A DNA stretch of 64,000 nucleotides from an uncultured bacterium (GCA_963827235.1 CAWHAE010000012.1:480001-544000); one strand, 5' to 3'. Counted from the stretch's first letter, positions 29,446 through 40,050 are shown. The notes: generated by a model not told the origin, from the sequence alone. Translations and numbers: made by a program.

Positions 29446-32400
29446 TCAGGCAGATACCGCCGTGAACATCACCGTGCTGGAGCCGCTCAGGTTGTGGGCC
29501 GTCACCGCAAGGCCCGCCAGCAGCGTGCCTGTCAGGCCGGTCAGGGTGATGGTCGAGCCGGGTACCAGCGTCCAGGTGATGCCGTTGCTGGAGGTATAGG
29601 CGCTGAACGAGGTGCCGGTTCTGGTAACGCGCAGGTAGACGGGAGCCGCGCCGGTCAGGGACGCTTGCACCACCGCGAAGACCCCCTGGGGCGAGCGATA
29701 CTGGACGCTGATGCCGTTGCTCGGGGTGACCACGGCATCGTAGAATGCCGCGCCCGGTCCGGTGTTGCCGCGCAGCATCACGCCGGCTTTGGCCCACGGA
29801 TCGCTTAGGGTCTGGGAGAGCACCTGAGCGCTCACGCTACCGTCGCCAGCCAGGGTCTGGTAATCGAACCGGAGCTGGTCGCCGGTCCCCCAGATATCGC
29901 CGCCACCACCCACCACGGTCCAGGTGCCGCCGTTGACCGACTCGAAGCCGGCCACCGTGGGTGCGCCGATATCCGTGCAGGTCCAGCCCGCCGGGCAACC
30001 GCTAAGCGCCGGCGGTGTGCTCGTGCTGGTCGGCAACGGCGTGCTGGTGTTCGTCGCGGTGGGCAGTGGCGTGCTCGTATTCGTGGCGGTTGGTGTCGGC
30101 GAGCTCGTGTTGGTCGGCGTGGGCGGAAGTGTGGCAGTGGCAGACGGCGTGGCAGTGGCGGTGGCAGATGCCGTGGCCGTGCCGGTCGCCGTGCTGGTGC
30201 TGGTGGCGAGCGGGGTGCTGGTGGCGGTACTGGTGGCGGTGCTGGTCGCCAGTGGCGTAGCCGTGCTGCTGGGGCCCTGGGTAGGCGTGGGAATGCTGCC
30301 GCCGGCCACAACCACACCGGAGAAGGTTACGGTGCTGGAGCCGCTCAGGTTGTGGGCCGTCACCGCCAGGCCCGCCAGCAGCGTGCCTGTCAGGCCGGTC
30401 AGGGTGATGGTCGAGCCGGGTACCAGCGTCCAGGTGATGCCGTCGCCGGAGGTGTAGGCGCTGAACGAGGTGCCGGTTCTGGTAACGCGCAGATAGACGG
30501 GCACCTTGCCGGCCAGAGAGGCCTGCACCACCGCGGCCACGCCCTGGGGCGAGCGATACTGCACGCTGATGCCGTTGCTCGGGGTGACCACGGCATCGTA
30601 GAATGCCGCGCCCGGTCCGGTGTTGCCGCGCAGCATCACGCCGGCTTTGGCCCAGCCGTCGCTCACGGTCTGGGAGAGCACCTGAGCGCTCATGCTGCCG
30701 TCGGTGGAGAGCGACTGGTAGTCGAAGTGGAGCTGGTCGCCGGTGCCCCAGATATCGCCGCCACCGCCCACCACGGTCCAGGTGCCGCCGGTGAGCGACT
30801 CGGAGCCGGCCACCGCGGGTGCGCCGATGTCGGTGCAGCTCCAGCCCGCCGGGCAGCCCGCGGTGCTCGTCGTGCCGGTCGCCGTGCTGGTGCTGGTGAC
30901 GAGCGGGGTGCTGGTGGCGGTACTGGTGGCGGTGCTGGTCGCCAGTGGCGTAGCCGTGCTGCTGGGGCCCTGGGTAGGCGTGGGAATGCTGCCGCCGGCC
31001 ACGACCACACCGGAGAAGGTTACGGTGCTGGAGCCGCTCAGGTTGTGGGCCGTCACCGCCAGGCCCGCCAGCAGCGTGCCTGTCAGGCCGGTCAGGGTGA
31101 TGGTCGAGCCGGGTACCAGCGTCCAGGTGATGCCGTCGCCGGAGGTGTAGGCGCTGAACGAGGTGCCGGTTCTGGTAACGCGCAGATAGACGGGCACCTT
31201 GCCGGCCAGAGAGGCCTGCACCACCGCGGCCACGCCCTGGGGCGAGCGATACTGCACGCTGATGCCGTTGCTCGGGGTGACCACGGCATCGTAGAATGCC
31301 GCGCCCGGTCCGGTGTTGCCGCGCAGCATCACGCCGGCTTTGGCCCAGCCGTCGCTCACGGTCTGGGAGAGCACCTGAGCGCTCATGCTGCCGTCGGTGG
31401 AGAGCGACTGGTAGTCGAAGTGGAGCTGGTCGCCGGTGCCCCAGATATCGCCGCCACCGCCCACCACGGTCCAGGTGCCGCCGGTGAGCGACTCGGAGCC
31501 GGCCACCGCGGGTGCGCCGATGTCGGTGCAGCTCCAGCCCGCCGGACAGCCTGCCGCGCCGGTCGAGGTAGCGGTCGTGGTCGGCGTGGGGCCGATTGCA
31601 GTCGCCGTGGCCGTGGTGGTGGCAGTGCCTGTCGCGGTCGGGGCCGGCCCGCTGCCGCCGGCTACGGTCACGCCGGTGAGATTCACGGTGCTCAAGGCGG
31701 TCCCGTTGTGCGCCGTCACGGCGGGTCCGGCCAGCAGCGGACCGGAGAAGGCGGGGAAGCTCATGGTCGATCCGGGTATGAGAGTCCAGGTCACGCCGTC
31801 GCTCGACGTATAGGCGCTATACGTCGCGCCGGTCCTCGCCGCCATCAGGTACACGGGTGCGGCGCCGGGAGTGGACGCGATCTGAACTCCGCCTGCTCCT
31901 TCGCCCGTGTAGCCGCGGTACTGTACCACGATGCCGTTGCTTGGGGTGACCATGACATCGTAGAACGCGGCTATGGCCGTATTGGCGGTGCGGAGCATCA
32001 CGCCAGCCTTGGCCCAGGGATCGGAATTGGATTGGGACGCTACTCGAGCGCTGACGCTGCCGTCGCCGTTCAAGGTCTGCCAATCGAAATGGAACTGGTC
32101 ACTCTGCCCCCAGATGTCTCCGCCCGCACCCTGCACCGTCCAGGTGCTGCCGCTCACGGTGTCGCCGCCCTGCGTGTTGGGCCCTCCGATGTCCGCGCAG
32201 GTCCAGCTCGATGGGCAGAAGAGCGGCGTGGTGGGCGTGATGGAGACGGCGCTGAACTGCGCACTGCCGAGCGCACCGGTGTTGTGCGAGGTGACCGCCA
32301 TGCCGGCCAGCAACGTGCCGGGGAAGCTGGCGATCTGCTGACTGGGCCCGAGGGATGTCCAGGTAGTGCCGTTTGTGGATGTGTACGACGTAAACACGGA

Positions 32401-34818
32401 GCCGACGCGGCTGACCTTCAGGTAGATGGGCACCGCGCCGCCAACAGCGTCCAGGCCGAGCGTGTTGAACGAGCCGTTTGAGCGGTAGAGCGCCACGACG
32501 CCATTGCCCGGCGTCACCACCACGCCGTAGAACGGCGAGTTGGCCGCCGTGCTCTGGCGGAGTATGATGCCCGCTTCCGCGTTCGGGTCGGTAGAAGCCT
32601 GACTGCTGACTTTGGCGATTACCGTACCGTCGCCGCTCAGGCTTTGCCACACGAAGTGGAACTGGTCGGTCTGATTCGCCACGTACGTGCCGGCACCCTG
32701 GATCGTCCAGGTACCGCCGCTCAGCGACTGGCTGCCCACCAGAGTGGGATTACCGACGTCACTGCAGCTCCAGCCGCTGGGACACGTGCCGCCAGAAGCC
32801 GGAGCAGGCACGTTCGTGGGGGCTCCGTCGGTAACCTGGCTGAACGTGGCCGTGGCGGTAGCGCCGTTTGCTCCCAATCCGGCCGCGGCGGAGAGCCCCG
32901 CCATGACCGTGGCAGGCATGGCCACGGTTTCGGTCGTCCCCGGCACCAGCGCGTAACTGGAGCCGTCGGTAGACGTGGCGGCGGAGAGCAGGTCGCCCTG
33001 GCGCTGTATCTCGATATAGAGGGGCGCGGACCTGGCCTGCTGGCTCACGGTCGCCGGAGCTGCGCCGGGGGTGGCTCGATATTGCACCACCAGTGAGCCG
33101 GATGCCGTCAGCGACACGGCGTAGAACGGCGATGCAGGGCTCGCTCCCTGGCGCACGATGAGCCCGGCCGACCCGTTGCTCGTTCCGGTCGGCAGGGAGG
33201 GTATCCTGGCGTTCACCTGCGTGTCGCCGGCGATCGACTGCGTCATCAGCCGGAAGGAGTCCGAAGTGCCGGCAAGGCCGCCGCCTCCCGCCTTGACCGT
33301 CCACGTACCGCCGGCTACCGTCTCGGAGCCGGCCGGAGATGGGGAGCCGATATCCTGGCAGGTCCAGGCGGCTGGGCAGTTGGCGTCGGCCGGCGGCGTA
33401 GGCAGCGAGGTGCTGGGCAGGCCGAAAGCGTAGACGTTGTGGTCGGTGCCGCCGACCACGATCTGGCCGTTGGCGACCACTGGTGGGCCGTAAAACGGCG
33501 CGGCCGTGGTGTAGCTGTACAGCCTGGTTCCCGTGCTCGCGTTGAGCACCTCTAGCGTGGGCCCCTCGCCATCCACGATAAACCCGTTGGCGTAGGCTAT
33601 GGCGGGCACGATGGGATACGCGGTTGGGTGCTGCCACTCGATGGCTCCGTTGGCCGGGTTGACGGCGCTCACGGCGCCGCCGTAGCCCAACCCGTTTACC
33701 ACGGCATTGCCGCTCGCCTGGTAAATCGTGCCGTTTGCGAACGCGGCGCTGGACACGGTTCCATCGCCTGCCGACGGGTTGGCCCCGCCGGGGTCGAGCC
33801 GGTCTTCCCAGGTTGGTCCGGCGGCCAGGTTAATGGCAGTGGTGGCACTCACCGGCTGGGCAAAGGCGTACAGGTAGCCGTTCTTGTTCATGGCCACCAC
33901 GAGTCGATGCCCTGTGCTGTCGGTCACGATCATCGGCGTGGTGCCGAAATCCGCGTCGGTAAGGGCCTGATCCTCTGGGATCTGCCAGGCGCTCTCGACC
34001 GCCAGGTTCGTCGCCGAGAGTGCTACCACGGCCTGCGACATGGTCTGGTCGGTAGCGAACTTGGTGCCTGTCGTGACGTAGATGGTGTTCGTGGCGGCGT
34101 CGTAGGTCGGCGACGTCCACACGCCGCCGCCCAGCTCGCCGTTCGGCACGAGGCTCGCAGTTGCCACGACCGAGTGCAGAGTCAGGTCCACTTTGAGCAG
34201 CTGTCCCTGCACGAGCGGGCAGTCGCCGAAGCTGGCGATGCCGACGTAGGCGTAGTTGCCCACGATCAGCGGCGAGGCCCAGTCGTAGTGTCCGCCGGCG
34301 GCGCTGCCGTCTCCGGTATTGATCGTCCACAGAATACTGCCGGTGCTGGCGTTGAGGGCGTAGAAGTAGGTGTTCGCGCCGCCCTGGTAGTCGCCGCCTC
34401 CGACGTAGACGACGCTTCCGACCACGGCGGCACCCGACGTGATGCCCGCCGAAGGTGGGTTGCAGTTGGAATACGGGCCCGTGGTGCCGAGGAAGGTCTT
34501 CCACTCGAGCGCCCCGGTGGCGGCGTTGAGTGCGTACTCATAGCCGTCCCACGATCCGACGTAGACCGTACTGCCCACGACAGTGGGCGAAGCCGCGATC
34601 ATGCCGCCCGTCTTGTAGGCCCAGTGTTCGACCAGCTGGGCGGCATTGGCAGTAGAGAGAGTCGTTTCGTCGGCACTGGACGCGCTGCGGCCGGTGTCGT
34701 GCAGATAAGTGGGCCAGTCACCCGCTGTGGTCAGGAGCGGCGTGGCGAGCATGACGACTGCAGCCAACGCGCGTCTACAAAGCTGGAAACGACTCGAACA
34801 CTGCATGATTAACTCCAT
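29446..34818 (-). CDS. Large secreted protein: PQQ-like beta-propeller plus six ConA-like/DUF1349-type beta-sandwich repeats with Thr-rich linkers
   Basis: Signal peptide then DWPTY; propeller motifs (VYVGSWDGYEYALNAATGALEW); six domains each opening CPxxWxCxD(I/V)G. Start may be 34806. Confidence 0.88.
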   Translation of the reverse strand: MELIMQCSSRFQLCRRALAAVVMLATPLLTTAGDWPTYLHDTGRSASSADETTLSTANAAQLVEHWAYKTGGMIAASPTVVGSTVYVGSWDGYEYALNAATGALEWKTFLGTTGPYSNCNPPSAGITSGAAVVGSVVYVGGGDYQGGANTYFYALNASTGSILWTINTGDGSAAGGHYDWASPLIVGNYAYVGIASFGDCPLVQGQLLKVDLTLHSVVATASLVPNGELGGGVWTSPTYDAATNTIYVTTGTKFATDQTMSQAVVALSATNLAVESAWQIPEDQALTDADFGTTPMIVTDSTGHRLVVAMNKNGYLYAFAQPVSATTAINLAAGPTWEDRLDPGGANPSAGDGTVSSAAFANGTIYQASGNAVVNGLGYGGAVSAVNPANGAIEWQHPTAYPIVPAIAYANGFIVDGEGPTLEVLNASTGTRLYSYTTAAPFYGPPVVANGQIVVGGTDHNVYAFGLPSTSLPTPPADANCPAAWTCQDIGSPSPAGSETVAGGTWTVKAGGGGLAGTSDSFRLMTQSIAGDTQVNARIPSLPTGTSNGSAGLIVRQGASPASPFYAVSLTASGSLVVQYRATPGAAPATVSQQARSAPLYIEIQRQGDLLSAATSTDGSSYALVPGTTETVAMPATVMAGLSAAAGLGANGATATATFSQVTDGAPTNVPAPASGGTCPSGWSCSDVGNPTLVGSQSLSGGTWTIQGAGTYVANQTDQFHFVWQSLSGDGTVIAKVSSQASTDPNAEAGIILRQSTAANSPFYGVVVTPGNGVVALYRSNGSFNTLGLDAVGGAVPIYLKVSRVGSVFTSYTSTNGTTWTSLGPSQQIASFPGTLLAGMAVTSHNTGALGSAQFSAVSITPTTPLFCPSSWTCADIGGPNTQGGDTVSGSTWTVQGAGGDIWGQSDQFHFDWQTLNGDGSVSARVASQSNSDPWAKAGVMLRTANTAIAAFYDVMVTPSNGIVVQYRGYTGEGAGGVQIASTPGAAPVYLMAARTGATYSAYTSSDGVTWTLIPGSTMSFPAFSGPLLAGPAVTAHNGTALSTVNLTGVTVAGGSGPAPTATGTATTTATATAIGPTPTTTATSTGAAGCPAGWSCTDIGAPAVAGSESLTGGTWTVVGGGGDIWGTGDQLHFDYQSLSTDGSMSAQVLSQTVSDGWAKAGVMLRGNTGPGAAFYDAVVTPSNGISVQYRSPQGVAAVVQASLAGKVPVYLRVTRTGTSFSAYTSGDGITWTLVPGSTITLTGLTGTLLAGLAVTAHNLSGSSTVTFSGVVVAGGSIPTPTQGPSSTATPLATSTATSTATSTPLVTSTSTATGTTSTAGCPAGWSCTDIGAPAVAGSESLTGGTWTVVGGGGDIWGTGDQLHFDYQSLSTDGSMSAQVLSQTVSDGWAKAGVMLRGNTGPGAAFYDAVVTPSNGISVQYRSPQGVAAVVQASLAGKVPVYLRVTRTGTSFSAYTSGDGITWTLVPGSTITLTGLTGTLLAGLAVTAHNLSGSSTVTFSGVVVAGGSIPTPTQGPSSTATPLATSTATSTATSTPLATSTSTATGTATASATATATPSATATLPPTPTNTSSPTPTATNTSTPLPTATNTSTPLPTSTSTPPALSGCPAGWTCTDIGAPTVAGFESVNGGTWTVVGGGGDIWGTGDQLRFDYQTLAGDGSVSAQVLSQTLSDPWAKAGVMLRGNTGPGAAFYDAVVTPSNGISVQYRSPQGVFAVVQASLTGAAPVYLRVTRTGTSFSAYTSSNGITWTLVPGSTITLTGLTGTLLAGLAVTAHNLSGSSTVMFTAVSA
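30180..31551. repeat. Near-identical intragenic tandem duplication, 693-bp period
   Basis: Identical shadow ORFs at 30399/31092 and 30603/31296; a third, more diverged copy at about 29460-30000. Ends approximate. Confidence 0.9.
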
Positions 34819-34998
34819 CGCAAATCGTGGTGGTCGCGCTCATCGTCACCGCGCACCTGCGGCACGGGCGGCGCACCTTACGAGCACTAACGCACAGGCA
34901 GCCGGCGCGACGCGCCGGCGACTGCATGTGTAGCGCCTCACTGGGCGCGCCTCTCGCGGGATGGCGAGAGATCCTCCTCATCGTCTAGAATGCCGGCT

Positions 34999-36624
34999 CT
35001 ACGGGCTTGCTGCTCCTTTGCGCCGATAGACCTCGTATCCGGATGCCGAGAATGCCAGGGCATAGTGTCGCTGCAAGTACGGAGTACCCCACAGTGCGGC
35101 GTCGACGGCGTCCGTCGAGTACCGCCCCTCCAGGACGATCCACTCGGCGAAGTGGGCCGGGTTGGCCAGCGCGGCGGTCTGCTGCGGGCCGATCAGGAAG
35201 TACTGGCCCATGTCGATGCCGGCGACCATGATGAACTGCGAGTGGGCGTCGTTATAGAGAATGCCGCCTCCCCGGTAATGCGCGTGCAGCCAGTGGGCCG
35301 CTGCCGTCGGCGCACTCGCCGCGGACGTCTGGTCCAGCCCATCTGCGATCGTCACCACTCGCGTCGGCCAACCGGGTGCCCACAGGGCCGCCTGGACCAC
35401 CAGCAGCACGGCCAGGACCGCGCCGGTGAGCGCCAAGCGATAGCGCCGGATGAGGAAGTCGGCCGCATATCCGCACATGAACGCCGCAGCCGGCAGTACG
35501 ACCATGCCGTACCGCGTGTTGAAGTATCCGGCCGGATGAGTGAGAGGCGTTTCGATGATTGTCTGGCCCAGGTAGAGCGCGATCACGTTGAACATGTAGG
35601 CCGCGAAGTAGGAGTAGACGGCGAACGACCGCGGCCGCAGCCTGTTCTCGGCCACATAGATGATCAGACCTGCCAGGCCCACCACGGTGACGATACTGCC
35701 GAGATCCAGCAGAGCGGCTCCGCTGTAGGCCCGGATCGCCACCAGCAAGTGTCCCTTCGTGGGCAGCAGCCCCGCGGCAGCGTACTGGGTCTGCTGGTAG
35801 GCCGCCGAGTACTTGCCGTGCTGGAATGCCAGCGGATCACCGAAGATGAGCCAGTTGTAGAACACCCACGAACACATGGCAAACACCGGCAGAGCCAGGT
35901 ATGCCAGTGTCGTACCCTCAGTGCGGTCTACATCACGCCATCGCAGATGGGTCGTGAGCAATACCAGTCCACCGCAGGCGACGGTGAAGAACCAGCCGTC
36001 ATACCGGCTGCCCACGGCCAGAGAAGCGAAGAGAGCCGCCTTGACAAGGTCTGCGTTCGAGTCCAGAAGGCTCCAGCGAACCAGAAAGTACGTTGACGAC
36101 ATCAGAGCCATGAGCAGCACGGGCTCGGTCAACGCGGTCGTCTGCAGGTACAGCACGTTGGGGTTGGTGACGAATACCAAGAGGGCCACCCAGGCCGCGG
36201 CCTGATGCCGGACTACCAGTCGCGTCGTCTGGAACAGCATCGTGGCCGCTACGACAAAGCAGAGCAGTCCGACGAAGCTGCCCGCCAGTCCGTCGCGCCA
36301 CAACGTCGAGTTGGCGGCGAACGGGGCCATCAGAACGTGCGGCAGCGGCAGCCACACGGTGCCGAGCTGCGCCACGCCGGGAGTGCGATTATCGAGCACG
36401 CGGCGGGCGATGTTCAGGTGCGAGATCGCGTCGCTGTAGATGAGGATCCAGTTGTTCCCGAGGGACCACGCAAGCGCTATCAGGCCGGCAAGCGTGGCAA
36501 CCATGCCGGCCAAGAGCGCCGGCAGATCCCAGACGGCGCCGTCGACTCGCGCTAGCGAGCGCCGTGCTATGGTCGGCGCGGCGACTCGACGCGCTCCCAG
36601 GACAGCTGAGGCTGCCGTACTCAT
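34999..36624 (-). CDS. GT-C-fold (PMT/ArnT/GT39-like) membrane glycosyltransferase-like protein
   Basis: YSDAISHLNIARR after TM1, VWLPLPH, NPNVLY...LTEP, SRYDGW; about 11 TM plus a C-terminal extracellular domain. Confidence 0.75.
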   Translation of the reverse strand: MSTAASAVLGARRVAAPTIARRSLARVDGAVWDLPALLAGMVATLAGLIALAWSLGNNWILIYSDAISHLNIARRVLDNRTPGVAQLGTVWLPLPHVLMAPFAANSTLWRDGLAGSFVGLLCFVVAATMLFQTTRLVVRHQAAAWVALLVFVTNPNVLYLQTTALTEPVLLMALMSSTYFLVRWSLLDSNADLVKAALFASLAVGSRYDGWFFTVACGGLVLLTTHLRWRDVDRTEGTTLAYLALPVFAMCSWVFYNWLIFGDPLAFQHGKYSAAYQQTQYAAAGLLPTKGHLLVAIRAYSGAALLDLGSIVTVVGLAGLIIYVAENRLRPRSFAVYSYFAAYMFNVIALYLGQTIIETPLTHPAGYFNTRYGMVVLPAAAFMCGYAADFLIRRYRLALTGAVLAVLLVVQAALWAPGWPTRVVTIADGLDQTSAASAPTAAAHWLHAHYRGGGILYNDAHSQFIMVAGIDMGQYFLIGPQQTAALANPAHFAEWIVLEGRYSTDAVDAALWGTPYLQRHYALAFSASGYEVYRRKGAASP

Positions 36625-37214
36625 TCTTTATCCGACCCCATCACTGGTGATATCTCCGTCTGTCAGATCGGCAAGCAGACACGGCGCGAGCCGCGGTCAG
36701 CCGAGGCAAGGCTGCTCCACAGTGCGGAGTCGCGATCACTGCCTTCCACCGCCGGTGACCGTCTCACCGGCACTCGCAGGGACAGGGCAACCCGGAGGCC
36801 CTGCATCACGCCGATAGTATCGATCGTAGCGGTCCAGGCAATCACCTCGAAACACCCAATCGGTATACGAATCTGCATCCACATGCATATGGCCACTTTC
36901 CAAGCTTGAGGTGGCACGAATTGCACGGTCAACCGGCCACGATGCGGCAGAGCCCGCGCCCGATCGTCATTCGTTGAGCAGTTGCGGCAGATTGGCGGGC
37001 CGCTGCTGTATCGTCCGCGACGGGACGGCCAATTGGGCTAGCCCCATGGTACGGGGCACGTTTGGGTCCTTGCCGGACTCGACGGGTGTGCTCTATAGTG
37101 CCGATGTTGCAAGCAACACTCATGGTGGTGGGGCATCCATCACCAGGTGCAATCAGGCACGTGATTGTCGAGTAGCCGCCGCAGGCGGCCGGCCCGGCGC
37201 GGTGCCCCCAGATC

Positions 37215-37292
37215 CAGGTCGACAAGGGCAAACCCGTCGCGAGGCGGGGGCGCAAAGCCATGGGGCTCCTAGAGCTTGCCAGGTTGCCGAAG
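37215..37292 (+). ncRNA. c-di-GMP-I (GEMM) riboswitch, GGC-type
   Basis: AAGGGCAAA-CCCGTC-GCGA-GGCGGG-GGCGCAAAGCC-ATGGGGCT...AGCTTGCCAGGTTGCCGA: conserved GGCAAA, GNRA-capped P2, GCAAA junction and 3' TGCCG; lies in the 5' UTR of the next gene. Confidence 0.85.
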
Positions 37293-37344
37293 CGGTGATC
37301 GATCACGGCGAGACTCATGCTCCATGGGACAAGGAGTGAGAGTC

Positions 37345-40050
37345 TTGATCAAGCCCATCTCGTTGTTGCTGCTGGCGGTGGCCCTCAGCGTTCCGCCTGC
37401 CGTGGTGCTGCCAACTACCTTCTCCCCTACGCCGAGCGTCCGCGCCGCCTCGAGCGGCAGCTGGTCTGTGCGCGACATGGGCATGACGGCGATGACCCAC
37501 GACACGGTCTGCAACCAGGCGAGCCAGGCCACCATGACCCGGCTGGTCAGCTACATTCCGCAGTTCCATGCCAACTTCGCGTCGGACGACGTGCCGCTGG
37601 ACGATGCCTCCGGCTACACCTGCACGCCGAAGCCACTCTCGCCGTACGCTTACATGAAGGCTTGGGCTGCCACCATGCACGCCGCCGGCCTGCACGTCCT
37701 CTACCGCGGCAACTGGAACAAATGGGCAGGCGACTACGGCATGTCCAAGTTCTCCTACAGCACCAGCCCTGCCATTCCCTACGAGGGTAGCGGCGGTCTG
37801 TCGGCCGTTCTGTCGGGCCAGGACACCACCTCGTACATGGGCATGACCTACCAGTGGATTCTGAACCACGCCGACGTCTTCCAGAACGGCGACATCTTCG
37901 AGCCATTCGGCGAGCCGCAGAACAACGGCATCGCCAATTGCGCTGCCCAAGGGGGATACGGGAGCTGCTACGGCACCAGTGCCAACAACTGCCCCAACAG
38001 CATCTGCCAATTCCCGGACGTGCCCAGCTTCAATCGCTGGCTGAGCGACTCAGCGCAGGCCGAGCAGGCCGCCTTCCAGAAGATCGGCAAGCAGGTGACT
38101 TCCGGCTGGTTCGGCGTCGCCGCCGATACCTACAAGTACGCGCCGGCGGCTACCTGGCAATACGCCGGCCAATACAACATGGACCACTTCGCCCAGAGCT
38201 ACTCCAGCTGGACGGGCGGCATCACGAGCAGCCACGGCGCGGTGCCGAGCCTGCCGATCACCTTGGAGTGGGGCGACGTGAACAACGCCGACAACACGGC
38301 GCAGATGGTCGCCAGCACGACCGACCAGTACATGTCATACGCGGCCACGTTGCCATACATCACCGGCTTCGAGTATTGGTATGAGACCGGCCAGGGTAAC
38401 GGTGCACAGTCCGCGGCCGTCGACTACAACACCGGGGCCATGACGCCGGCCGGGCAGGTCGTGGCCAAGTGGTTCGCCGCCATGTCGGGCGGCTCCTCCA
38501 CGTCGCCCACGGCGACGAACACGCCCGTGCCGCCCACCAAGACGGCGGTACCGCCGACTGCTACGACCGTGCCTCCCACCAAGACACCGGTGCCGCCTTC
38601 CGGTACGACCGTGCCGCCAAGCAATACCGTGGTGCCGCCGACCGCTACAACGGTGAGCACGAGCGGCCATATCACCTTCGCCCAGGGCGCCACGCGCCTG
38701 GGAGCGGGCACCAGCCTGGCGACCAGTCTTCGCAGCTCCGTGGCCGCCGGCGACCTGCTGGTGGGCGTCTTCCGTACCCAGAACAGTCCCAAGGTGAGCG
38801 ACAGTCTGAACGGCGCCTGGACGCAGGCGGCGAGCTGCGGCGTGGTCTCGCTGTGGTACGCCGCCAACGCCAAGCCGGGACTGACCACGGTAACGGTAAC
38901 GGGCAGCAGCGGGCAGCTGCGGGCCAGCGTGGCAGAGTACGCGGGTGCGGCCACGGTCGCTCCGCTGGACGCCACTGCCTGTGGGCAGGGCACGGCGGCC
39001 ACGGTGTCGGTGGCCGGTGCCAACGCCGCATCCGGCGAGCTCGTGGTGGCTGGCGTGGGCACGGGCAGCAATCCGCTGACGGTTGCCGCGGGCCCGATCG
39101 GCGGACTGGGAGCCACGCTGCGCACGCAGGGCACCGGCGCGTACGGCACTGCGGCGCTGGAAGACGTGACGGCCACCAACGCGGGTGCGCAGACGGCAAC
39201 GATGACCATGAGCGCACCCGGTGGCTGGACTGCCGCCATGGCCACTTTCAAGCGAGGTACGAGCACCACCTCGCCGATAGCAGCGAGCACGCCTATCCCG
39301 GCCACGAGCACACCGATCCCACCGACCAACACCGCCGTGCCTCCGACCAACACCACCGTGCCACCGACCAGCACGGCCCTACCGCCAACCAGCACGGCTG
39401 TGCCACCGACCAGCGCCGCGGTGCCGCCGACCGCTACAACGGTGAGCACGAGCGGCCATATCACCTTCGCCCAGGGCGCCACACTCCTGGGCGCGGGCAC
39501 CAGCCTGGCCTTCAGTCTTCCCGGTTCCGTGGCCGCCGGTGACCTGCTGGTGGGCGTCTTCCGTACCGAGAACAGTCCCAAGGTGAGCGACAGTCTGAAC
39601 GGCGCCTGGACGCAGGCGGCGAGCTGCGGCGTGGTCTCGCTGTGGTACGCCGCCAACGCCAAGCCGGGACTGACCACGGTAACGGTAACGGGCAGCAGCG
39701 GGCAGCTGCGGGCCAGCGTGGCAGAGTACGCGGGTGCGGCCACGGTCGCTCCGCTGGACGCCACTGCCTGTGGGCAGGGCACGGCGGCCACGGTGTCGGT
39801 GGCCGGTGCCAACGCCGCATCCGGCGAGCTCGTGGTGGCTGGCGTGGGCACGGGCAGCAATCCGCTGACGGTTGCCGCGGGCCCGATCGGCGGACTGGGA
39901 GCCACGCTGCGCACGCAGGGCACCGGCGCGTACGGCACTGCGGCGCTGGAAGACGTGACGGCCACCAACGCGGGTGCGCAGACGGCAACGATGACCATGA
40001 GCGCACCCGGTGGCTGGACTGCCGCCATGGCCACTTTCAAGCACCGGTAA
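37345..40050 (+). CDS. Secreted protein: putative clan GH-A-like catalytic domain, Pro/Thr linkers, two near-identical beta-rich domains
   Basis: AAGGAG SD then TTG; signal peptide; FGEP and ITLEWG as candidate acid/base and nucleophile; PPT repeats. The hydrolase call is inference. Confidence 0.75.
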   Translation: MIKPISLLLLAVALSVPPAVVLPTTFSPTPSVRAASSGSWSVRDMGMTAMTHDTVCNQASQATMTRLVSYIPQFHANFASDDVPLDDASGYTCTPKPLSPYAYMKAWAATMHAAGLHVLYRGNWNKWAGDYGMSKFSYSTSPAIPYEGSGGLSAVLSGQDTTSYMGMTYQWILNHADVFQNGDIFEPFGEPQNNGIANCAAQGGYGSCYGTSANNCPNSICQFPDVPSFNRWLSDSAQAEQAAFQKIGKQVTSGWFGVAADTYKYAPAATWQYAGQYNMDHFAQSYSSWTGGITSSHGAVPSLPITLEWGDVNNADNTAQMVASTTDQYMSYAATLPYITGFEYWYETGQGNGAQSAAVDYNTGAMTPAGQVVAKWFAAMSGGSSTSPTATNTPVPPTKTAVPPTATTVPPTKTPVPPSGTTVPPSNTVVPPTATTVSTSGHITFAQGATRLGAGTSLATSLRSSVAAGDLLVGVFRTQNSPKVSDSLNGAWTQAASCGVVSLWYAANAKPGLTTVTVTGSSGQLRASVAEYAGAATVAPLDATACGQGTAATVSVAGANAASGELVVAGVGTGSNPLTVAAGPIGGLGATLRTQGTGAYGTAALEDVTATNAGAQTATMTMSAPGGWTAAMATFKRGTSTTSPIAASTPIPATSTPIPPTNTAVPPTNTTVPPTSTALPPTSTAVPPTSAAVPPTATTVSTSGHITFAQGATLLGAGTSLAFSLPGSVAAGDLLVGVFRTENSPKVSDSLNGAWTQAASCGVVSLWYAANAKPGLTTVTVTGSSGQLRASVAEYAGAATVAPLDATACGQGTAATVSVAGANAASGELVVAGVGTGSNPLTVAAGPIGGLGATLRTQGTGAYGTAALEDVTATNAGAQTATMTMSAPGGWTAAMATFKHR
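38630..40041. repeat. About 620-bp near-identical intragenic duplication, 789-bp offset
   Basis: About 38630-39252 versus 39419-40041; differences cluster near the 5' end of the unit. Confidence 0.9.
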
